In this document: one piece after another, positions 1 to 6,874 of the stretch
Layout: every line of letters starts with the position of its first letter
How positions within the stretch are numbered: the first letter of the stretch is position 1
Origin: Geosiphon pyriformis uo1
Lineage: Eukaryota > Fungi > Glomeromycota
Reading direction: 5' to 3'
Assembly: GCA_016748015.1 (NCBI GenBank)
Contig: JAAOMT010000052.1
Coordinates: forward strand, 28,169 to 35,042
DNA length: 6,874 bases
Notes under the pieces: model-generated
Databases searched by the model: none
Told to the model about the DNA's origin: nothing
What the model saw: only the letters and a program-made list of their open reading frames with translations
Program-made: the position numbers and the translations under genes

Positions 1-646
1 TCTATCGCCCGGGCATGATGTAAAAACTCATTGCCGAAATGCAATTTTGGATATTTTGGAACAAAGTCATTGTAGTTTGTCATGCGAAATATTTTTACTG
101 GGAGTTTTGTGTTGACATAGTGAGAAAACATCAAATTTCCAATCCGTGGTTGCCCGTATGTATAAACCTCGATATCTAGCCTCCATTGTTTGACCCATCT
201 AAATCGAGATTGAAAATATAATCCAGTAAAAATTGCATATACTTTATAAAAATTCTAATGAGTTTTTTCAGAAAACTCAAACGTTTCATCACGCAAAATG
301 TTAATGTCAATTCCATTACCCCCACCAAAACTCCATGCCTAGTAAATACAAGCCTCTTATATTTTCAATGTTTGAGAACCTCATCAACCCTTTTTTCCAA
401 TTCCGAACGTCCAGCAGAGAACTCTCGGTAAAATTCTTCATCAACCATTGAACCTTTAATCTTTTCGTCGTATGGAATTTGTGATCTTTCATTTTGAGCA
501 AACTAAATTGTTAAAAATCTTCCTTTAAAGGAAACTTGAAATTCTTTGTCTAGCCTAAATTTTTCGATTTTCACTGATATTCAAAATTGTTTCAGTTTTA
601 AAGGAGATTTTCCTCAATTTAAGTTTGATTAGGATGCTTTAGAAAC
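1..646 (-). pseudogene. Class 3 (Lipase_3, alpha/beta-hydrolase) lipase-like pseudogene, running off the left edge of the window
   Basis: Manual minus-strand translation. 646-320 reads VSKAS*SNLN*GKSPLKLKQF*ISVKIEKFRLDKEFQVSFKGRFLTI*FAQNERSQIPYDEKIKGSMVDEEFYREFSAGRSELEKRVDEVLKH*KYKRLVFTRHGV. After an intron, 241-1 reads (V)YAIFTGLYFQSRFRWVKQWRLDIEVYTYGQPRIGNLMFSHYVNTKLPVKIFRMTNYNDFVPKYPKLHFGNEFLHH. Lipase_3 motifs appear in the expected order: VSFKG (535-521), nucleophile-elbow equivalent LVFT-RHGV (RHGV at 340-329), YTYGQPRIGN (164-135), RxTNxNDxVP (Asp at 68-66) and HH (20-15). There are five in-frame stops (631, 616, 583, 505, 367) and an apparent 2-nt insertion at about 328-327. The 5' limit is uncertain. 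Confidence 0.88.
242..319 (-). other. 78-nt spliceosomal intron of the lipase pseudogene
   Basis: Donor GTAATG at 319, branch-like ACTCAT, and acceptor TTTTATAAAG ending at 242. It interrupts the GG/VYA segment just after the nucleophile elbow, and lipase similarity resumes exactly at 241. Confidence 0.7.
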
Positions 647-658
647 TTACATCAAGAG

Positions 659-1218
659 ATCATGAACGAACAATATTTGTTGGTGATGATGAGGAATATC
701 ATTGCAAATCATTGCTCATTGTCTTAAATTTAAAAATCCCTAAAAAATTAATAAACATCCAGACCCATTTTGGAATAAAAAAATTTTCTTTCTAACCACT
801 CTTCAAATGTTCTGTGCTCCCACCTTTAGCATAGCAATCTATGTTTTAAATTTTTGATTTTTACTCTTATATTAGCTGTAATGAAAATTAAAGATTAATA
901 ATGACATCTTTTGTCGTAGCACAATTCTATTCGGCCTTTCGTTTTGGAATTAGAGTAATTTATTAAATTTACATAACTTTTATTAATGTCTTTGTCTGGT
1001 TGTAAATTAAATAAAGGTAAGTTTTGTATCATATTTGTATTAATTCAAATTATTAATTTTCCTTTTATTTGTTGATTTTTCCATGACAATTCATTCCGTG
1101 CTCTATCTTACAATTATTAGCGATGGCAAATGGTGAAATTTGTATTTTACTTCCCGTTTTAAAATTTACGTCACATTCCAAGACGGTCTAAATCCCAACT
1201 TGCTCCAAAACATATATC
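659..1218 (-). repeat. Left arm of diverged inverted repeat A (decayed spliced gene copy)
   Basis: The reverse complement matches 1514-1993 colinearly. Anchors: 706-728/1952-1974 (22 of 23 identical), 824-834/1780-1790 (11 exact), 991-1004/1676-1689 (14 exact), 1019-1030/1650-1661 (12 exact), 1121-1131/1574-1584 (11 exact). Confidence 0.88.
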
Positions 1219-1513
1219 CCCAACCGGGCAAATGAAAATTTGATCCCATCGAAATTTACAAGATCGAGATAAATAGTTAAAAAACCATAAATTTATTGCA
1301 ATTTTGCACTACCCTCCAAAAAGTAACCCTAAATTCGAAATTAAACATAAAAATTCAGTAATTTTCCGATTTACTTTCTTTTTAACCAAATAAAGTCTCG
1401 TATAAAGATATCTAATTGGAACACAAACTAAATAATCTGAGATTAGACAATGTTGTGGCTATTATCTTTTGCTCTTTTTCCAATCATTCAATATTTAGTT
1501 TGTGTTGAAATCA

Positions 1514-1993
1514 GATAAATCTGATTGGACCAGGTTGGAGATTAAGACTATTTTGGGATGTGACACAAAAATTATTTGCCATCGAAAGTAATTTTGACAT
1601 AGAGCGAGGAATGAATCTTCATAGATCAAAAAAGCATCGAAAAAGGTAAGATACAAAACTTGTCTTGAATTTATGTACAACCAGACAAATGTATCAAATC
1701 ATTCTACTTTCCTAATTTACACTAATAATCTTCAGTATCAATCTATAATTTTATTTGCAGGATAAATATCGATAGTTTACTATGCTAAAGTCGGAACGCA
1801 GAAGAAGATAGTTGAAGAGCGCTTAGAAAAGGCACTGGAGTTAAAATTTAAAAAATTTATAGTCATACATAGAAAGAAATATTTTTATTTTTTCGCGTAA
1901 TACATGTGTTCCAAAATGGTTATAGAATCTTTTAAGTTATTTATTTTTATTTTTAAGACAATGAGCGATGATTTCTAATTGTTCGTTAAAGAT
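1514..1993 (+). repeat. Right arm of diverged inverted repeat A (decayed spliced gene copy)
   Basis: Same anchors as the left arm. It retains an intron-like segment at 1646-1760 (AAG|GTAAGA ... ACTAAT ... TTTGCAG|), and the acceptor region is also conserved in the left arm (20 of 25 nt). Confidence 0.88.
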
Positions 1994-2063
1994 TACAGCA
2001 GCAGGCATAAAATAAACAAAGAATTAGAAAGTATCATGTTTTCTTTTTTTAAAATTTCATAAA

Positions 2064-2307
2064 GATTTTCAAGTAATTAACAAATAATTGAGGATCGAAT
2101 TTAGAGACCTAAATATAGTCAAATGTATTATTTTAAATAAATTCCATTATATGAAAGCGTATAAAAAAAAGTAAAATAACAAAGAGAAAAAAAGATATAT
2201 GGGAGCCAAAAGAAATTACAATAAAAGATAGTTGGTGACATATAGCATATAGTTTAGAGATTTTAATATTGGTTGGAAATAAATTTTTTTTCATATGAAA
2301 AGCTACT
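2064..2307 (+). repeat. Left arm of diverged inverted repeat B
   Basis: The core 2188-2307 matches the reverse complement of 4870-4985. Exact blocks are ATAGCATATAGTTTA (2242-2256/4918-4932) and TGGAAATAAATTTTTTTT (2274-2291/4885-4902). Weaker, gapped similarity extends out to 2064/5154. Confidence 0.82.
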
Positions 2308-2434
2308 TTTATAAATTATAAAATATTGATATTAATTTTATTTTAAATTATAAACATCTTTTTCATAAATAATTTATATTTCATTAGTTAAACTATGAAA
2401 TAATTACTAATATAGTTGATTAGTGATTGTTATT

Positions 2435-2628
2435 TAGCATCTTCACCTCGTCCCATAAATGAAGTTTCAAATTTTATCGTGTTGTAATATTTTTCGGTTA
2501 AATTGGGGGCTAGTTTTCTATAAAAAGTTTGTCAGATGGGATCGGTGATCGATATTATTCACTTTCAGAAACTATAACCCAGTCCTCCGGTTAACTTTAA
2601 AAGCGAAGATTAAAAATAATTAAACTTG
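2435..2628 (-). repeat. Left arm of diverged inverted repeat C
   Basis: The reverse complement matches 5398-5585. There is an exact 16-mer TTAACCGAAAAATATT (2486-2501/5526-5541), plus ATTTATGGGACGA/ATTTGTGGGAAGA and CAAGTT..ATTA.TTTTAAT..TTC.CTTT blocks in colinear order. Confidence 0.72.
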
Positions 2629-3844
2629 ATAGCAATTTTTCTATAGTTTTTTTTCACAAGTGCTATATTACTTCTCATTATAACACAATAATTCCATTAG
2701 AATAACACGAAATAAATATGACTTATTCCAATATAGTCTCATTACTTACAGAAAACAATTGTAATACTTTTATTTATCAAATAATTGAGCTTAAATCGAT
2801 AATAATTTTACAAATTAAAACAGAACCTCGAATTTAAAATTGCATATTTATTTCTTTAACTATTGATTCTTTTATCCAATCTTTAAAAAAAATACAAATT
2901 GATGCTAATTGCAATTGCTATTAATAAACTCATTTTGCAGCTTTACATTCATGGTTAAAAAATTCTTATGTATTTTATTGTTACAAATTTAAAATTGAAA
3001 CAACTTTATTAGTTTCCAGTCGTTACTATTTTATTGTTTTGATACTTGAAATCATACACCTTTTTTTTTTAATTTTTAGTAGTATTACCAATAAAAATAA
3101 GATAAATGTTATTAGAAAATCAAATTTAAAAATTAAAATAAAAAAACATATTAAAAATTAAGAGTGCTTTACCTTCTTGATTTAATAAAAAATTTACTTA
3201 TTATATTTATATTTGCTATTTTTGAAATAATTTAAAATATTCATTGGCTAATCGCACTTATTTCGCTACTTTTTTGTTTTCTTTAATACTCTTTCAAAAA
3301 AAAACCTTTATTAACTTAGATTCAACATTTACAAAAATTGTTAACTGTCTTGTATTAAACGATTTAAAAGTACAATTATATAAATACTTGAGATAATAAT
3401 AGTTAAAAGTTTTGCAAACATTTTAATTTTCAATACGAATATTTTGAGCTAAATACAATTTTGACATAGGTATAACATATTGAAAGAAAAGAAAAGATGT
3501 TTTTGCAAAATTCTTGAAAATATTTTTAATTTGTGAGACAACAAATGCATAAGGAACTAGACTAAAAAAAAGTGTATTGTTGTAAATAATTTTGATTAGT
3601 TTGAATAGTTAATAATATGTAAAAAAAATATAATGAATTGCAAAAATTACATAAAAATATCTCAAATAAAAAAATAATTTAAGTTTAATTTTTTTAGAAA
3701 AAAGCTATATATTTCAATTTTGTAAAAATTTAACAAAATCATATATAGAAAACTATTTAATACAAATTCAATTAACATTACAACTTTATTTTTATTTTAA
3801 AAAATACTAATAAATATCAAATTTTTGTCTGTAAAAACTTAAAT

Positions 3845-4380
3845 TTATTTTATTATGCTTATAGGGTAGCCCAAACACTATTCTCGAACGAACCAATTTC
3901 CATATATTAGATGTGGATTGCACACAAATCATCCATGAACACCTACCTGAGCCAATCAAGACCACACTACACTACAGGTGCAAAACCTCTATTGGACACT
4001 AAATCCAAAAATTACTTTCCAAAAACCAATTTATGTTGCTCACCATCTAAAGTGCTTTTTCCACGCCCATTGCGTTAAATGTCTCAGCCACATGCTACAC
4101 CTTTTTAGTGTGCTTTGCAGCAATCCGTCATTCTTGTTCCTCAAAATTTCCTCTACATTATCTTCAGATATCCTTCCGAATTTCGCTGCCTTAGCCTTTT
4201 TTCTGCAGTAACTAGTTATATTTCTTCACAGTGTAGTTTGATGAAATGCCTGACCAAATGAACCACTTTTTCCCTGGCCACTTTGCTTTTCCGAAAATTT
4301 GCTATTGCGTCTGTACACCAATCCTCATACACGAAACCCTTTGCCAACTTATTTATTTCTGATCACTTTCCCCTCCTCAT
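3845..4380 (-). mobile_element. Degenerate 5'-truncated non-LTR (LINE-like) retrotransposon fragment: C-terminal end of ORF2 plus 3' UTR
   Basis: A sharply bounded higher-GC island inside extremely AT-rich DNA. Minus translation from 4380 gives RRGK*SEINKLAKGFVYEDWCTDAIANFRKSKVAREKVVHLVRHFIKLHCEEI*LV, then after a frameshift CRKKAKAAKFGRISED. This fits the LxKGFVxxxW ... IWLxRxxxxxxxEKxGxI pattern that I recall from the C-terminus of fungal (Glomeromycotina) non-LTR ORF2 proteins. Minus-strand AATAAA hexamers lie at 3844-3854. No RT or endonuclease core is present, so the call rests on recalled similarity. Confidence 0.65.
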
Positions 4381-4384
4381 CAAT

Positions 4385-4650
4385 TTTATACAAATATAAT
4401 AAATTAATATCATAAAATTATACATTTTTATTTTTAATCTGAATTATTATTAAATTTAGTTTAGTTTTTTATTTTATATGTTTAAAATAATAATAATTTT
4501 TCATATATTATTTAAATAAAATAAAATCTAACAAAAAATAATATTTTTAATAATTATAATAATAATATATTGTTAATATTCAAAATATTTAATACTAAAA
4601 AGTAAATATTTTATGATATTTCATATATTAAATATAATATAATTTACAAA
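4385..4650. other. Extremely AT-rich low-complexity tract
   Basis: Almost devoid of G and C by inspection, with TAA/ATT runs. It abuts the 5'-truncated end of the LINE-like fragment, and similar tracts lie at about 3060-3850. Confidence 0.8.
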
Positions 4651-4869
4651 TTAGCTTGTAACTTTTGCTTGGATTATCATAAAAAATGGAATTCTATTAT
4701 AAAGATATGTTTTGTTTTTCTTAATGGAATGAAATTAAACTAATTTTAGTTATATTGCCCAATTAAATTTACAAATTACAAATCCAAAGTCACATTTGAT
4801 GTTGCACCTTGCAGATTTTATAGCTTTTTTTTGGAATGCATAATCACCACATGCATGTACCAAACTTAG

Positions 4870-5154
4870 AGTATTTTTATATTAAAAAAAAATTTATTTC
4901 CACAATAATAAAACTTTTAAACTATATGCTATGTATCACTAACTATTGTTTTTGCAATGCCTTTTGTCCCATATCTCCTTTTTTTATTATGATTATTATT
5001 AATGAGTGAGGTCCCAACCACTATCTACTACAATACAACAAAGAATATGCTCTAAAGTAAACGTGGCTCATGAATTTGGTCTTTACAATTAGAAAATTTG
5101 AAACTAAGTTATAAATTGAGAATGCGAACTCAAAAGTTAGTTACTTTCAAAATC
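4870..5154 (-). repeat. Right arm of diverged inverted repeat B
   Basis: Matches 2064-2307 in inverted orientation. The core is 4870-4985. Confidence 0.82.
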
Positions 5155-5397
5155 CCAAAAATGCTGATCTTTTGCCCAGAAATTCTCAAATTTTTTTTAG
5201 GTTCGACAGATATGAAATTCAGAAATGCTTCTTCAACTATAGAATATCAAATGCCATATATTCACTCGGGCTCAAAGTTTTCCTACTTTGCTTTTTTTTA
5301 TGAAAAGTTAAAATCGACATCGAAAGTTCGTAATTGACAAAATTTGTTTAGAGATTTTCATAGTAACTATTGACCTATACAGAAAGTTTCAGAAAAA

Positions 5398-5585
5398 CAA
5401 GTTAGATTAATTTTAATTTCCCTTTAAATAACAATTAATCATTTGAAAAGTTTTTATTCAAATAAATTCGATAATCTGTACAAAAAAACCGCAAATACTC
5501 TTTAGCGAAGAATGGATAAGATAAATTAACCGAAAAATATTCAGATAAACTTCGTACATATTTGTGGGAAGAAAAAAATCCAAAT
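5398..5585 (+). repeat. Right arm of diverged inverted repeat C, overlapping an exon-like remnant
   Basis: Matches 2435-2628 in inverted orientation. 5520-5657 is stop-free and is followed by a GTATGT donor-like site. Confidence 0.72.
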
Positions 5586-6129
5586 TTCAGTGGGAGAGGC
5601 AAGTATGAAATTTCCGAGTTTAAAAGAGCTTACAACTCAAGACGGTTAGAATCAGATGTATGTTGATTGTATCAGGAGGATCTTAATTTTATTAGAAAAT
5701 TATATTTTATTTTATGATTTTTTAAAAAAAAAGGGAATTATGATACCATAATTGATCGGCGAAGATGAGATTATTTAACGCAGATTTCCACAATAAAAAT
5801 TTTCTATTATGAACTGAGAACGTATATCAATTTTATTTTTAGGCATTCTTAAACTCTAATGGGAAAATTCTGAAAATTTTAGTATTATACCAACTCTATT
5901 AATTTTATCTTTTGAACTCCTTTACTAGGAAGATGAGTTCACTTAAAAGCTTGACAAGCTATTCTTAATTTGTTAATATCATAGTTTACAAAATTTAACG
6001 ACAATGAAATTAAACGGAAACTGAAGAATTCACTTTGATAAAAATATTTGTTAGATGTAGCTTATCTTTTAATAAATTTTTAATATTCACAACAACAAAA
6101 TTCTTATCTTTTCTAATGGTAAATTTCGC

Positions 6130-6136
6130 TATAAAA
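6130..6136 (+). promoter_or_regulatory. TATA box of the secreted protein gene
   Basis: Canonical TATAAAAG in a G/C-flanked context (cgcTATAAAAgacccc), about 100 nt upstream of the ATG. An initiator-like TCATT lies at 6166-6170, followed by an A-rich leader and a CAAAAATG start context. Confidence 0.7.
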
Positions 6137-6235
6137 GACCCCACTCAATCCATCAAATTTACAAATCATTCTTGAAAACAGAAGCAGAAACAGAAACCAA
6201 AGTAAAAAAAACCAGTTTCATAGATTCTTTCAAAA

Positions 6236-6682
6236 ATGATCAATAAAACTTTTAATCTATTTTTCGTGGCTATTTTTCTTTTGGCTTTAATTGCTGTCAA
6301 CACCTTGACCGTGGTCACGGCTCAAGGTGGATTTAATTCAGTTCCAGCCACTCCAGGAAATCCAGGAGGCTCAAGTAAAGATCCATCTGGCACTTCTTAT
6401 CCTAGTTATGTTGCGAACAGTAACAATGATCCGACACCATCGGAGGAGAATCAACCAGAAGATGATGGTCAAGCAGATGGAAGCCCAAGTACACAATCAT
6501 TTGGAGGGGGTGGGGCGCAAGGATTCGGCAGGTCGAAGTGCAAAAATTGTAATTGGGTACCACCATACTGTAGTTGGTGGCAAAGATGGTTTTGCTGGAC
6601 GCAATATAATAAGCAATGTATTGTTACATATAGAACCTGCCATCATTGTCCTAAACCTATTTGTGTTCGTTGGTGGCAGTAA
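6236..6682 (+). CDS. Small secreted cysteine-rich protein (148 aa): signal peptide, acidic G/S/P/N-rich linker and cationic Trp-rich 8-Cys Opy2-N-like domain
   Basis: Intact ATG-to-TAA ORF with higher GC than its flanks. The hydrophobic N-terminus has a likely cleavage after VTA (residue 29). Residues 30-98 are low complexity. Residues 102-143 follow C-x2-C-x6-C-x7-C-x7-C-x6-C-x2-C-x4-C and end in TCHHCPKPIC. A TATA box lies upstream and AATAAA downstream. Confidence 0.92.
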   Translation: MINKTFNLFFVAIFLLALIAVNTLTVVTAQGGFNSVPATPGNPGGSSKDPSGTSYPSYVANSNNDPTPSEENQPEDDGQADGSPSTQSFGGGGAQGFGRSKCKNCNWVPPYCSWWQRWFCWTQYNKQCIVTYRTCHHCPKPICVRWWQ

Positions 6683-6858
6683 TTAAGCCTAACTTTTGGC
6701 AATTGAAGTACAGTGTCGGCTAATTTTGTATTTTAGATGGAAGCAAAAATTTTAGCAAGTTTATTTAAAAGTGTCCCTAGTTTATTTAGCTTTTTTTTTT
6801 TGAAATCTTAAACTTTTATCGAAAGAATATTTGATGTATATCGATTTAATGAAATTTC

Positions 6859-6864
6859 AATAAA
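6859..6864 (+). promoter_or_regulatory. Candidate polyadenylation signal
   Basis: First AATAAA after the stop codon, about 177 nt downstream and following a U-rich 3' UTR. The hexamer is common in AT-rich DNA. Confidence 0.4.
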
Positions 6865-6874
6865 ATATTGGCCA

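Noticed and set aside
316-501. 61-aa minus-strand ORF
   Set aside because: TTG start and an alternative frame of the lipase pseudogene. The lipase motifs are in the neighbouring frame.
499-627. Imperfect hairpin or possible MITE, including the 14-bp palindrome TTCCTTTAAAGGAA at 520-533
   Set aside because: It lies within in-frame lipase sequence (the palindrome encodes SFKG), the arms are gapped and AT-rich, and there is no target-site duplication.
503-650. Apparent intron (GTAAGT ... TTTAG) on the minus strand
   Set aside because: The segment contains the in-frame lipase VSFKG motif, so it is better explained as decayed exon.
1495-1680. 61-aa minus-strand ORF
   Set aside because: Non-ATG start and antisense to the exon/intron remnant of arm A, whose splice signals are on the plus strand.
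3978-4211. 77-aa plus-strand ORF with several Cys and His residues
   Set aside because: GTG start and antisense to the LINE-like remnant. The Cys/His spacing does not form a convincing zinc finger.
2188-4985. Single 2.8-kb TIR DNA transposon bounded by repeat B
   Set aside because: No sharp termini, target-site duplication or transposase remnant. Similarity fades gradually and looks like decayed coding sequence.
5098-5337. 79-aa plus-strand ORF
   Set aside because: TTG start, K/F/I/S composition typical of random AT-rich DNA, and no motif or promoter support.
6178-6195. (A/G)CAGAA x3 microrepeat in the 5' leader
   Set aside because: Too short to imply a function and probably due to ordinary slippage.
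6327-6686. 119-aa overlapping ORF in the +1 frame
   Set aside because: GTG start, entirely a shadow of the well-supported secreted protein CDS, and no recognisable motifs.
1-6874. CRISPR array, tRNA, rRNA or prokaryotic defence system
   Set aside because: No regularly spaced direct repeats, structured-RNA signatures or operon-like ORFs. Introns and a TATA box indicate a eukaryotic locus.

Overview
Very AT-rich eukaryotic genomic DNA with GT-AG introns and no bacterial operon features. It is most consistent with an early-diverging fungus, and the decayed gene families resemble those I recall from Glomeromycotina, but the taxon is an inference. Only one gene looks intact: a single-exon 148-aa secreted protein (6236-6682, +) with a signal peptide, an acidic low-complexity linker and a strongly cationic, Trp-rich 8-Cys C-terminal domain whose spacing resembles the Opy2 N-terminal cysteine-rich domain. 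It has a TATA box and a poly(A) signal. The rest of the window is decayed sequence: a class-3 lipase-like pseudogene (minus, about 646 to <1) whose nucleophile Ser position is Gly, a 3' fragment of a non-LTR retrotransposon (minus, about 4380-3845), and three separate pairs of diverged inverted repeats (659-1218/1514-1993, 2064-2307/4870-5154, 2435-2628/5398-5585) that look like remnants of duplicated genes. All alignments and translations were done by eye, so arm boundaries are approximate.
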